Notes: a model not told the origin generated them from the sequence alone. 64,000 bases of DNA from Candidatus Helarchaeota archaeon (GCA_019058315.1 JAHPZH010000001.1:1297432-1361431), one strand, 5' to 3'. Shown: positions 51,201-60,952, counted from the stretch's first letter. Made by a program: numbers and translations.

Positions 51201-51585
51201 ATAATTTTTCTTTTCCTTTCTCGGCTTCTGATATATATTTTAAAATATCAATAAAACCTAAAGTTCCTTTAATTTTTTCTTCTATTTGCAACTGAGTAAA
51301 TATTTTATATGCTTTCTGATAATATTCTAAAGCAAATTTAAAATCATTTAATACATTTTCTTCTGTTTTTTCGAAATCTGCGGCTATTTGATAGATCTCA
51401 CCAAGTTTATAATATGCTTCACCTATTTTCTCTTTAAAATTTTCAGGTTGAGTTTGATGAATTTTTTCTATATTTTTTAATATCTCTATAGCCTTTCCCC
51501 AATTATGATTGTGTTCTTCTATCTCTACTTTTTTTAAAAAGTCATTAATTACTTCTAAGCTTTCCTTTTTCGAGATATCTGACAT
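48208..51585 (-). CDS. TPR/SNAP-like solenoid + C-terminal longin-like domain protein (paralogue 5)
   Basis: Collinear with the other paralogues. Confidence 0.85.
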   Translation of the reverse strand: MSDISKKESLEVINDFLKKVEIEEHNHNWGKAIEILKNIEKIHQTQPENFKEKIGEAYYKLGEIYQIAADFEKTEENVLNDFKFALEYYQKAYKIFTQLQIEEKIKGTLGFIDILKYISEAEKGKEKLLLESAKKNFHDAKILNTKKGNGIESLKMAVLENRTQELIFAEKCIRNDKNANFDDLSLEFKITLENIWDELRKEQNVPEICFYHFLISIEEYTAWLIVYSPIDKKNIKQHVLNWLELSDELISKFKKSNKLPWLFFSYAANLFFNFIFSAYFALSQFEQKKYLNRAQKAAKKGDEFLSKSIPVSGLIFFYYSRFSTAMFLISIGFFAKDVNLILQDLEKSINASKLHFPKIMAAHGVFYSAFTFMIGAMSRATLSIQRVEFANRILDMLTNFRIPIMIDPNYILYNQFYKALLCVGHIGLGDIFEDIKRNKHLQSAIEYFNEISNYIGVTKERSYNYSHVFGYCYPRIGLLLAKHSKDKSEKVNYLKKSLEFFLKKHIYEETWYYIENLFMIGETYYELGILTNGDMFNKGIVAYNDAITFCKDQGYSNLVGSGYIYLAQIEDRLCNYTAAADNYKKASDAFDRALMTLTYIKAGKTINKLKSYVNAWEIIEIAKNEHTNENHIKAQENYVKASQILNKIREYKYESPFYSAWSILEKAEDISKRGMYQEAAETYLEAKKSFENAIQNLDSFLKKKSPENIERIQKLIQVGETRKNYCTARHHIETARIESKNGNHLLAAELYNKASSLFETICHKFKIKREKDELTATLYLCKAWENMEKAELKQDSKQFAIASYLFNKASENFPTVKMKKLSLGNSIFCSALENRILFDKSTDLNEKTNFYKKIKTFLREASKNYQLGGFKEDAKWALATGTYFDGLWHLIQADNELDFTKKNRDLNVATNYLTTAQNLFSEVGSKRRSEEISQYLDMIKKEKMILTTASNIIEKPAISASSIGISAPSCPIEISTSANIEEMQLTDFQTESEKNWYKRLHHIYLFLPQGESIYQYPFKSGVIEESEAQFVSGGLAGLFELIKEVTKSETKIKIIEQEELSIILEHGNYVSAALIAEENLKTLRNKLKDLINDVEDFFSEELENFQGDIRPFSKIDKFVQKIFKK

Positions 51586-51735
51586 AATAATATCCCCATG
51601 TAATCTTCCGTTGAGATGTTAAATAATAATAGAAAAGACAATAAAAAATTTATTAAAAATTCAAATAGATAGTAATTTATACTATTTCAAATAAAATTGA
51701 AGAATAAATTATCTAAAAATTAGCGAGAACAAAAA

Positions 51736-52236
51736 ATGGCTGAAATTCTCATTATTCGACAACCTAAAACTGAAAAAGAATTTGAATTAATGTATAATTT
51801 GAGATGGCGAGTTTTAAGGAAGCCTTGGGATCGACCTCGGGGTTCTGAAAAAGATGAAGATGAATCTATCTCGAGTCATTTTATTGCAATAGCGGATAAT
51901 AAAATTATTGGGACCGCACGATACCATAAGATAAATGAAAAGGTTGGTAGGGTTAGGTATCTAGCTGTAGCTGAAGAATATCGTGGAAGAGGTGTTGCTC
52001 GTTCTATAATGGAAGCAATTGATCTAACAGCATGCAATCAGAATTTAAAATACTTGATTCTGAGTGCACGACATACAGCTGCGGAATTTTTTAAAAAGAT
52101 GGGTTATAAAATAATGGGAGAAGGAAAAACACTTTTTGGAGAAATCAAACATTATAAAATGGTAAAAAAATTTAAAGAAAATATTTCTAGAATGCAAGAA
52201 ATAATTGATAATTTAAGAAAAACGCTAGATTCTTGA
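51736..52236 (+). CDS. GNAT family N-acetyltransferase
   Basis: LRWRVLRKPW, YLAV..EYRGRGVA and FFKKMGY. Confidence 0.9.
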   Translation: MAEILIIRQPKTEKEFELMYNLRWRVLRKPWDRPRGSEKDEDESISSHFIAIADNKIIGTARYHKINEKVGRVRYLAVAEEYRGRGVARSIMEAIDLTACNQNLKYLILSARHTAAEFFKKMGYKIMGEGKTLFGEIKHYKMVKKFKENISRMQEIIDNLRKTLDS

Positions 52237-52294
52237 ATTAAATTCAAAAATCAGCATTATAAAGTAATATTATTTAAATGGAGATAGGATATAA

Positions 52295-52939
52295 ATGATC
52301 TATTTAGAAGAAACGTTTAATATTGTTCCAGCCAGTCCTGAAGGCTTGGATATATTTGTTAGATTTGTGCAAGAGAAATTAATGCCAATAGGTCAAAAAC
52401 TAGGGTTGAATTTGATAACGGCTTGGTTTAGCAATGTTGATTTATTTAGCCAAGTTACACATATAACGGAATTTGATGACTTGGAAGCATTAAAGGTGTT
52501 CCGGATTAAATCCAGCGAAGAGAAAGCATGGGGAGAATATTTAGCAGGTTTGGAAGAATTAGCTCCAGAACGGCACTCTCGATTATTAGAACCATTAGAA
52601 AGTGTTCCGCCTAAAGCTTTACATAAAGCAATTAAAAGAAGCCAACGAAAGCCATTAGATGTTTATAGCCTAGCAGTACTCGAAGTGGCCCCTGGTAAGA
52701 TGCAAGATTTTATTTCATCGCTAAAGGATGCGGCCAAAGGGTTCCCAATTATAGCTAGTTGGCGTCCTGTTACGGGAAGCCCAAATGAGGTGATTGATTT
52801 ATGGAAGGGATCAATAACACAACAAAGTTACAAACCAGCTGACGACTTTATGAAAGAATTTTTTAGACAAGTCCGAGACTTAGCACCAAAAGAACGTTTG
52901 AGAACTGTATATGCACTACCATACTCACAATTGAGATGA
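52295..52939 (+). CDS. NIPSNAP-like two-domain protein
   Basis: Two ferredoxin-like repeats (YLEETF.IVP...W....QVTHI; VYSLAVLEVAPGKM...G.PNEVIDLW); ends P.SQLR. Confidence 0.65.
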   Translation: MIYLEETFNIVPASPEGLDIFVRFVQEKLMPIGQKLGLNLITAWFSNVDLFSQVTHITEFDDLEALKVFRIKSSEEKAWGEYLAGLEELAPERHSRLLEPLESVPPKALHKAIKRSQRKPLDVYSLAVLEVAPGKMQDFISSLKDAAKGFPIIASWRPVTGSPNEVIDLWKGSITQQSYKPADDFMKEFFRQVRDLAPKERLRTVYALPYSQLR

Positions 52940-54231
52940 AGGTTATGTCTGAAAAATCAGGTAAATCTATGAGAAAAAGAAGTGATAAACTCAAAGGGTT
53001 ACAAGTAATTACAAGTCAGGGTATTAAATTTCGTCATCCTATGAAAGATGTTCATACAGCCAGTATGATCATTTCTGGATGTGGTTGGGTCGACACGGAC
53101 GATGGCATTGTGTTAATTGACACTTTGATCAATAAAAAAGCTGCTAAAACGACTTATGATAAGATCCATGAGGTAAGTAAAGGTAGGATTAAATATATAA
53201 TTTATACACATGGTCATGGAGATCATATCGGTGGATGTGAAGTTTTTATGGCTGACAAACCAGAAGTCATAGCTAGCAAATATTTACCCGCCCGACTTGA
53301 TAAATATAGAATGTTGGCTCAACATAGAAACCGAATTTCAGCTCAACAGTTTGACTTGCCAGAAATAAAAATGCCTGAAAAACAAATCGCTAGAATATAT
53401 TCCAGTGTTATCTATCCAACTAAAACGTTTTTAGGAGAGATGACTTTTAAATTAGGAGATAAAACCTTTGAACTCCATACAACACGTGCAGAAACTGATG
53501 ATGCGTGTTGGGTATGGATACCTGAGATAAATGCAGCATTTGTTGGAGATTTGATTATTGGAAGTTTCCCAAACATTGGCAATCCATGGAAACCAACTCG
53601 TTTCGCCTTGGATTGGGTAAAAGCATTAGAAGAGGTTCGAGCCAAAGAGCCTGAAATCATTTTTGCTAGTGGAGCAGGCATAATGTATAGAGATGATGAT
53701 GTCTCAGCCGTTTTAGATGCAAATATCGAAGCAATCCGTAATATGCATGATCAAGTCATTGACTGTATTAATAAGGATATCCATATAACGGAGATGATTC
53801 ATAAAATTCAGCTACCAGATCATCTCAAAAATAATCCACATCTTGCTTTCTTATACTCTCGACCAGAATTTTTTGTATACAATGTATATCGGTGGTATCA
53901 TGGTTATTTTGATGGTAATCCAGCAAATCTATTACCCCGACCAGAGAAAGAAGTTATGGATGAGATTTATAAAATTATAGGTGATCCAGAAAAAATCTTG
54001 AATAGCGCCAAAGATCTCTTCGATCAGAATCAGGTGCAACTAGGTCTTCAAATATTGGATATTTTGATTCAGGCAGATCCAGAAAATATTAATGCACGAA
54101 AATTACGGATAAGAATGCTTAAAAAATTAGGTTCAAGGGATTATTGTTTAATGTCCCGTAACGCTTGGGTTTATTTTATTAAAAAGGATAAGAAATTTAT
54201 TCGCTCAAGAGAAAAAGCTAAGACTAATTAA
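52936..54231 (+). CDS. Metallo-beta-lactamase-fold alkyl sulfatase (SdsA1-like) with dimerisation domain
   Basis: THGHGDHIGG, ETDD, GD...FPN.GNP and YHGYFDGNPANL. Confidence 0.82.
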   Translation: MKVMSEKSGKSMRKRSDKLKGLQVITSQGIKFRHPMKDVHTASMIISGCGWVDTDDGIVLIDTLINKKAAKTTYDKIHEVSKGRIKYIIYTHGHGDHIGGCEVFMADKPEVIASKYLPARLDKYRMLAQHRNRISAQQFDLPEIKMPEKQIARIYSSVIYPTKTFLGEMTFKLGDKTFELHTTRAETDDACWVWIPEINAAFVGDLIIGSFPNIGNPWKPTRFALDWVKALEEVRAKEPEIIFASGAGIMYRDDDVSAVLDANIEAIRNMHDQVIDCINKDIHITEMIHKIQLPDHLKNNPHLAFLYSRPEFFVYNVYRWYHGYFDGNPANLLPRPEKEVMDEIYKIIGDPEKILNSAKDLFDQNQVQLGLQILDILIQADPENINARKLRIRMLKKLGSRDYCLMSRNAWVYFIKKDKKFIRSREKAKTN

Positions 54232-54259
54232 AATAAATCCATTAAGATGGAAACCTAAC

Positions 54260-55792
54260 TTATGCATCAAAATCTTTCAATTTATCAATTAATTCTTGAG
54301 CTCTTTCTTCCAAAATTTTTAAATCTGCCAATTTAATTCCAGACTTCTTCATTTGTGCTTTAATTGATTCTAATTCCTTAAATATATTCTTCTTTTTCTC
54401 TTTATAGCTTTTACAATATTTCACTACTGCCTTTGCATCATTAATATTCAAACCCTCTATTTTTTCGATCTGATTATTAGATAGATCTAAGGTTTGTAAT
54501 TGGGAGAGGGGTTCCAACCCCTGTATTTTATCGATCCGATTATTAGATAGTAATAGTGATAGTAATTGGGAGAGATTTTCCAATCCCTCTATCTTAGCAA
54601 TCTTATTATTATTGAGAGATAATGTTTGTAACTGGTTCAGGTTTTCCAATCGCTCTATCTTTGTGATTTGATTATTTGCAAGAAATAATTCTATCAAATG
54701 GGAGGGAGTTTCCATTCCCTCTAATTTGACGATCTGGTTATTGCTGATAGATAATAATTGTAACTGGTTAAGCTTTTCTAATCCCTGTATCTTTGTGATC
54801 TGATTTTCTGTAAACTCTAAATGTTCTAATTGGAGGAGGGTTTCCAATCCCTCTATCTTTTTGATCTGGTTTTTAAATAGAACTAATATTTTTAATTTGG
54901 TGAGGTTTTCTAATCCTTCTATCTTTGAGATTTGATTATTCGAAAGATATAATGTTAGTAAATTGGAGAGAGTTTTCATACCTTCTATCTTCGCAATCTG
55001 ATTATTAACGAGAGATAAAGTTTGTAATTGGTTAAGATTTTCTAAGCCCTCTATTTTTGTGATCTGATTATCTACAAGCTGTAAATCTTGTAATTGGGAT
55101 AGAGTTTCCAATCCTTCTATCTTCTTGATCTTATTACGTTCAAGATATAAATTTTTTAATTGAAGGAGGGTTTCTAACCCTTCTATCTTGGTAATCTGAT
55201 TATTAAATAGAGCTAATGTTTGTAATTTGGTGACTTTTTTTAATCCCTCAATTTTTGTGATCTGATTCAACCCAAGATTTAATAGTTTTAATTGGAAGAG
55301 GGTTTCCAATCCCTCCATCTCTTTGATCTGATTATTTTCAATCCATAATTCCTGTAATTGGGAGAGTGGTTTCAAGCCCTGTATCTTATCTATCTGATTA
55401 TAATTAAAATCTAAAATTAGTAATTGGGAAAGATTTTCCAATCCCTCTATCTTTGTAATTTGATTTTTAGTGAGAAATAATTTTTGTAATTGAGTAAGAT
55501 TTTCTAATCCCTCTATCTTTGTGATCTGATTGTCCCCAAGACTTAATACTTGTAATTTGGAGAGTTTGTCCAACCCCTCTATCCTTTTGATCCGATTTTG
55601 TGCTAGATATAATGTTTCTAAATGAGAGAGTCCCTCCAACCCCTCTATTTTAGTGACCCCTTTATTAGATATGTTAATGGAATAAACGTGCCAGTCTTTA
55701 TTTACCAATATATCAAATTTACTAAGTTTATATTTCTTTGTTAGTCTTTCAATTGCTTCTTCTTCTTCTGGCTGAAATTCAATATTTGCCAT
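54260..55792 (-). CDS. SDS22-like leucine-rich repeat protein (~18 x 22-aa repeats) with C-terminal helical hairpin
   Basis: LxxLxLxxNQIxKIEGLExLxQ repeats. Confidence 0.92.
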   Translation of the reverse strand: MANIEFQPEEEEAIERLTKKYKLSKFDILVNKDWHVYSINISNKGVTKIEGLEGLSHLETLYLAQNRIKRIEGLDKLSKLQVLSLGDNQITKIEGLENLTQLQKLFLTKNQITKIEGLENLSQLLILDFNYNQIDKIQGLKPLSQLQELWIENNQIKEMEGLETLFQLKLLNLGLNQITKIEGLKKVTKLQTLALFNNQITKIEGLETLLQLKNLYLERNKIKKIEGLETLSQLQDLQLVDNQITKIEGLENLNQLQTLSLVNNQIAKIEGMKTLSNLLTLYLSNNQISKIEGLENLTKLKILVLFKNQIKKIEGLETLLQLEHLEFTENQITKIQGLEKLNQLQLLSISNNQIVKLEGMETPSHLIELFLANNQITKIERLENLNQLQTLSLNNNKIAKIEGLENLSQLLSLLLSNNRIDKIQGLEPLSQLQTLDLSNNQIEKIEGLNINDAKAVVKYCKSYKEKKKNIFKELESIKAQMKKSGIKLADLKILEERAQELIDKLKDFDA

Positions 55793-55859
55793 ATTTTAAC
55801 ACGAAATTGATATTTACTTTATTTACTACAACATGCTTATTGCCTTTTCTATTAGATTT

Positions 55860-56879
55860 TCATTTATTAATTGCATTCAATTTATCAATTAATTGTTGAG
55901 CCCTTTTTTCTAAATTTTCTAAATCTACCAACTTAATGCCTGGCATGTTCATTTGTTCTTTTATTGATTCTAATTTCTCTAATAGATTTTGTTTGTATAA
56001 GTTTTTAGAATATTTTACTATTGCTTGTGCATCATTCATATCCAAACCGTCCACTTTAGCGATTTGATTATTTTCAAGGTATAATGATTCTAATTGTGAG
56101 AGGTGTTCCAATCCCCCTAATGTCTCTATCTGATTACCAGAAAGATCTAATTTATTTAATTGGGAGAGGTTATCCAGTCCCTCTATTTTGGTGATTTGAT
56201 TATATCCAAGACGTAATTCTAGTAATTGGGATAGGGCTTCTAATCCTTCTATCTTTTTGATCTGATTGTTGAAAAGGTGCAATGTTTTTATTTTGGTGAG
56301 GTTATCCAGCCCCTCTATCTTTTTGATCTGATTATTGTGAAGAGTTAAAGCTTGTAATTGGGAAAGGTTTTCTAACCTCTCTATCTTCGTGATCTGATTA
56401 CTTCCAAGCCATAAATATTGTAATTTGGAGAGTGTCTCTATGCCCTCTATCTTTTTGATCTGATTGTCTTCAAGTTGTAATAATTTTAATTGAGAGAGAT
56501 TTTCTAATCCTTGAATATTCGTAATCTCATTACTATAGACTTCCAATGTTTCTAATTGAGAGAGATTTTCTAACCCTTCTATCTTTTTGATTTGATTATT
56601 ACCTAGATATAATATTTTTAATTGAGATAGCATGTCCAACCCCTCCATCTTAACAATCTTATTACCATAAAGTTCTAATTGTCGTAATTGGGAGAGAGTT
56701 TCCAACCCTTCTATCCTCGTGAACCCTTTAAGTGATAGACCAAGAGAATAAACGTGTCCTTCATTATTAACATCGAAATCTTGCTCCTCAAGTCCATAGT
56801 TCTTTATTAAGAAATCAATTGTTTCTCTTTCTTCTTGAAATTTAATTTTTTCCATGTTCAACCACGAAGTCGATGTCAT
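55860..56879 (-). CDS. SDS22-like LRR protein (~10 repeats), tandem paralogue
   Basis: Same repeat and caps as 54260; probable start at MEKIKFQEE. Confidence 0.92.
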   Translation of the reverse strand: MTSTSWLNMEKIKFQEERETIDFLIKNYGLEEQDFDVNNEGHVYSLGLSLKGFTRIEGLETLSQLRQLELYGNKIVKMEGLDMLSQLKILYLGNNQIKKIEGLENLSQLETLEVYSNEITNIQGLENLSQLKLLQLEDNQIKKIEGIETLSKLQYLWLGSNQITKIERLENLSQLQALTLHNNQIKKIEGLDNLTKIKTLHLFNNQIKKIEGLEALSQLLELRLGYNQITKIEGLDNLSQLNKLDLSGNQIETLGGLEHLSQLESLYLENNQIAKVDGLDMNDAQAIVKYSKNLYKQNLLEKLESIKEQMNMPGIKLVDLENLEKRAQQLIDKLNAINK

Positions 56880-56989
56880 GATGATGTATTTACAACAGGT
56901 CTATTGAGTTTTCTTTTTTATTTAATCTCAATTTAAATTAATAGCAGCTATAGTGTTATTATAAAAAATTTTTTTTTAATTCTTACTAT

Positions 56990-57619
56990 TTATAATAATT
57001 CTTCACATTTTTTTACAGCATCTTGGGGATCTTTACCGAAGGCAACACCTAATTTATCTGCAATAGCTTTAGTGAATGCAGACCCTCCAACAATTATTTT
57101 AATTTTATCTCTAAGATTCTCCTTTTCCAATAAATTAGTAATTTCTTTTACAGATTCAATTGCCATTGTGAGAAGAGCTGACAATGCCAAAATATCAGCA
57201 TTCATTTTTTTAATAAATTCTATAAATTTTTCAGCAGGAACATCAACTCCTAGATCTTCGACATAGAATCCTGCTGCTCTTAATATTGTAATTACGATAT
57301 TTTTTCCAATATCATGAATATCACCTTTGACAGTTCCAAATACAATTTTTCCTTTCGCTTTTGTTTTAATATCTTCCTTTAATATAGGTTTTAATTCTTC
57401 GAACGCATCCTGGAAGATGTCTCCACCTGTTATTAGCTCCGCTAAAAAATATTCTTTTTTCTCAAATAAATCACCTACAATTTTTACACCTTGAGAAAGC
57501 CATTCTATTATTTTTAAAGGTTTTGTACCTTTTTCAATTTCTTTTTTCACGAGCTCCATAACTTTGGCTCTTTTTAAATCGCCCATTGCATTAATTAATT
57601 CATTATTCATATTAATCAC
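56990..57619 (-). CDS. Cobalamin-binding corrinoid protein
   Basis: GTVKGDIHDIGKNIV, LSALLT and VGG. Confidence 0.93.
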   Translation of the reverse strand: MINMNNELINAMGDLKRAKVMELVKKEIEKGTKPLKIIEWLSQGVKIVGDLFEKKEYFLAELITGGDIFQDAFEELKPILKEDIKTKAKGKIVFGTVKGDIHDIGKNIVITILRAAGFYVEDLGVDVPAEKFIEFIKKMNADILALSALLTMAIESVKEITNLLEKENLRDKIKIIVGGSAFTKAIADKLGVAFGKDPQDAVKKCEELL

Positions 57620-57623
57620 TTAT

Positions 57624-58766
57624 TTAAGCTTTATATAAACCATATTTCATTACAGAATCTCTCATTGCTTTTAAATTAGCAAGCGAAACGTTGTCAGGTA
57701 GAACGCAAGCAGAACATAGCATATATCCTCCACCTTCTTTGCATCCTTCAATTTGTTTCCTACAGTATTTTTCGACTTCCTTTGGGGACCCCAAACCGGT
57801 AATTTGAGGTGGTAAATTCCCCATTATACAGGCTCTATCTCCCAAAATTTCCTTAGCTTTGAAAATATCGGTTAGGTCTAAATGAAACATAATCTTACCC
57901 TTAGGAAATTCCGTAAAATACTCTAATACATCTGTATAGTCATTATCTAGATGATATTGAACAATACAACCTTTTTTAATAATGAAATCAGAAATTTTTT
58001 TAATATGTGGCCAAAATAACTCAAATTTTTTAGGAGAAATTAAATTAGTTGCTATACGACTGAATCCGAAAAGGACCATTTTTGGACCTTTATGACCTCC
58101 AAGAGTAAGGATTTGTAATTGCCCATCAAGAGTTTTCAGCATTTCATCAGTAGTAGCATCACAGGCTTCTACTAATTTTTCTGGAATTTCCACTACATCT
58201 GTTAAATATTTGTTAAAGGACCTCAGAAAAGAAATAATATCCACAGGTGGTTCAATATACCCATGTGCAAGCGCCATAAGTCCCTTTTCTTTATGCCAAC
58301 GACCAATATCTAGTGCCACATAGTCATTTAATATTTTGGACAGCTCTTTCTGTAACTTTCTATCCTTTCTTTTAAAGAGAGAATAACCCTTTTCTATTAA
58401 TAGATCATAATCCTCACGCTTCATTATTTCACGTTCATTCATCTGCTCTGAAACATTACCTTTTGGGAGCGTCCAGTCGAAATAAAACATACTATGACTG
58501 TTGGGAAAAGGTGCATAATAGCCCAATATGGGAGATGTTCCTGATAAAATATCAAACCCGCCAGTCATATTCCACAATTTTTTACTTGCTTCAAATGATT
58601 TAGATATGTCAAAAAAAAACTCTTCAATCGTTATTCCTGTTAATAATGCAGGAGCACAATGGAAGGCTGCTACTACTGGCACCCTATCCGGTTCCTTAAT
58701 GGATAAAACTGTCTCTACACGCTCTTTTGGAAGCATGGTGTCCTTATCGTGTAATTTAAAACTCAA
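57624..58766 (-). CDS. URO-D-fold methyltransferase, O-demethylase methyltransferase-I-like
   Basis: KEPDRVPV, ISPKKFE.FWP, HLDN (no HxC), DIFKAKEILGD..CIMGN and GGGYML.SAC. Confidence 0.8.
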   Translation of the reverse strand: MSFKLHDKDTMLPKERVETVLSIKEPDRVPVVAAFHCAPALLTGITIEEFFFDISKSFEASKKLWNMTGGFDILSGTSPILGYYAPFPNSHSMFYFDWTLPKGNVSEQMNEREIMKREDYDLLIEKGYSLFKRKDRKLQKELSKILNDYVALDIGRWHKEKGLMALAHGYIEPPVDIISFLRSFNKYLTDVVEIPEKLVEACDATTDEMLKTLDGQLQILTLGGHKGPKMVLFGFSRIATNLISPKKFELFWPHIKKISDFIIKKGCIVQYHLDNDYTDVLEYFTEFPKGKIMFHLDLTDIFKAKEILGDRACIMGNLPPQITGLGSPKEVEKYCRKQIEGCKEGGGYMLCSACVLPDNVSLANLKAMRDSVMKYGLYKA

Positions 58767-58831
58767 ATGAACACTTCTGTCAAATATTTTAGGTTAAACA
58801 TTAAAAAATAAGAAATTTAATTTTAATATAA

Positions 58832-59689
58832 TTATTTTACTGGTTTCAAAGATTCTCTAAACACAAAGGGCATCATTTTATTATATTTTTTGATATTGCG
58901 AAGAATTTTTTCATTTAATTGGGGTTTAATATCTTTAAAGAGTGTTTTCCAATCGGGATAAGTACGTCCTTGAATTAATGGTGTAATTGTGGCTTTCATA
59001 TTGTCCAATTGAATACGCTTAACCACCGTTCCAGAAGGCAATTTATTTTCATTAGAAGCGAGGTAACTCGCGATTGGTCCTATAATTTCAGGGGGGTCCT
59101 TTCTACCAGGAGAAGCTCCAGCTAATCTTGTATCAATTAATCCGGGATTAATTGTATATACTTTAACATGTTTTTCCTCCTTTGCAAGGACATCTGCAAA
59201 AAGTAGTAATCCTGCTTTAGAAACTCCATAGGCACTTAAATAAAGCTGACCTTCAATACCAAAACCTGACGATATATTAATAATGCAACCAGATTTTTGC
59301 TTTTTCATAATATTTAAGCTTTCCCTTGTTGCAATAAATGCACCTCTAAGGTTAACATTCATAATCAAATCCCATTCGCTTGTTTTCATTTTAGCAATAG
59401 GTGATCCTCCAGAAACACCTGCATTATTTACCAAAATATCAATTTTATTAAATTCTTCAAATGTCTTGGAAATTAAAGCCTTAATATCTTCTTCTTTAGT
59501 CATATCTGTGCGTATGGATAATGATTTACGTCCCAATTTATGAATTTCATCTCTAACATTCTCAATTTCGCTTACAGTTCTTGCGGCAACGACAACATCA
59601 GAGCTATTTCTTGCAAAATCTAATGCAATAGCCTTCCCAATGCCGCGTCCGCCACCAGTAACAATTGCTACTTTTCCTTCTAAACTCAT
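58832..59689 (-). CDS. Short-chain dehydrogenase/reductase with C-terminal extension
   Basis: TGGGRGIG, NNAG, YGVSK and NPG. Confidence 0.92.
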   Translation of the reverse strand: MSLEGKVAIVTGGGRGIGKAIALDFARNSSDVVVAARTVSEIENVRDEIHKLGRKSLSIRTDMTKEEDIKALISKTFEEFNKIDILVNNAGVSGGSPIAKMKTSEWDLIMNVNLRGAFIATRESLNIMKKQKSGCIINISSGFGIEGQLYLSAYGVSKAGLLLFADVLAKEEKHVKVYTINPGLIDTRLAGASPGRKDPPEIIGPIASYLASNENKLPSGTVVKRIQLDNMKATITPLIQGRTYPDWKTLFKDIKPQLNEKILRNIKKYNKMMPFVFRESLKPVK

Positions 59690-59824
59690 TAAGGTTCCCT
59701 CATGTTTTAATTAAAATTTTTAATATTGATTCATGAAATAAATTACAATTGGTTAATAAATTATTATTATTTCTGACTCACTATTATCTTACTAAAACTT
59801 GAAATATTATGGTTTGGGAATAAA

Positions 59825-60952
59825 ATGGATGTAAATAAATTAAGTATTGGGACCGAAGCGTCTTTTTTTCCACCATTTGAAAAGGGAATAAATACAATTA
59901 AGAAGCTTGAAGAATCGGGTTATGATTCTATTTGGTTAGCAGATCACCTGATGGCTTGGGTTCCAGAATCAATTTGGACACCAGAAATTACAGGATTAGC
60001 GGCTAAAGGAGTCAATACTCCACACATTTATTTTGATGCCCTTTGTACACTTTCAATTGCAGCGTGGAATACCGAAAAAATTCAAATAGGAACTGCCGTT
60101 ACTGAAACCTTCCGTCGTCATCCGGCTATGTTAGCGCAAGCATTTCTGACTTTAGATCATCTATCAAAAGGAAGAGCAATTCTAGGACTTGGTGCAGGTG
60201 AAGGGGAAAATATTACCCCTTATGGTATTAAATGGAATAGACCTGCAAGCAGACTAGAAGAAGCTATTAAAATAATTAAGTTGTTATGGAAAAGCGAAAA
60301 GAAGGTTGATTTTGAGGGGAAATTTTGGAAATTAAAAGATGCAGTATTAGGTTTGCCACCTTATAAAAAAGGGCAATATCCTCCAATTTGGATTGCAGCC
60401 ATGGGACCAAAAATGCTCGATATTACTGGTAAACTAGGAGATGGATGGCTGCCTGTAAATCTAGATATAAATTCATACGAAAAGGGGTTTAAAATTATAA
60501 AATCTTCAGCAAAAAAAGTAGGGCGGAATCCTGCTGAAATAACTCCATCACTATATAGTTATATAATTATTGATGAGGATTATGATGAATGCCTCCGTTT
60601 GCTTGAAACTCCAATGTCTAAGAACTTTATTCTAATAGCATCAAATGAAACATTTAGGCGATATGGTTGTACACATCCCCTTGGTGAAAATTTCTATGGA
60701 CTTCGAGACTATATACCAAGTCGATATGATCGGGAAGCTGCTCTTGATGCCATTGAAAAAGTCCCTACAGAATTATGTTCTGACAGTTATTTAATTGGAA
60801 CTCCTGAGGATATAATAGATAAGATAGAAAAATATATGGAAATTGGTCTACAACATATAGTTTTATTTAATATAACTTACTACTGTGACTCTAATAAAAT
60901 AAAAAGCTCATTTGGGGGAATAAAAAAAGTATTAGAACATTTTAAAGGTTAA
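59825..60952 (+). CDS. Luciferase-like (LLM) flavin/F420-dependent oxidoreductase
   Basis: GYDSIWLADH, GTAVT...RHP, LDHLSKGRAILGLGAGE and PPIWIAA.GP...GDGW. Confidence 0.9.
   Translation: MDVNKLSIGTEASFFPPFEKGINTIKKLEESGYDSIWLADHLMAWVPESIWTPEITGLAAKGVNTPHIYFDALCTLSIAAWNTEKIQIGTAVTETFRRHPAMLAQAFLTLDHLSKGRAILGLGAGEGENITPYGIKWNRPASRLEEAIKIIKLLWKSEKKVDFEGKFWKLKDAVLGLPPYKKGQYPPIWIAAMGPKMLDITGKLGDGWLPVNLDINSYEKGFKIIKSSAKKVGRNPAEITPSLYSYIIIDEDYDECLRLLETPMSKNFILIASNETFRRYGCTHPLGENFYGLRDYIPSRYDREAALDAIEKVPTELCSDSYLIGTPEDIIDKIEKYMEIGLQHIVLFNITYYCDSNKIKSSFGGIKKVLEHFKG

Noticed and set aside
54260-56879. CRISPR array or DGR target interpretation of the periodic DNA
   Set aside because: The 66-bp period is in-frame LRR coding sequence; no spacers, reverse transcriptase or template repeat found
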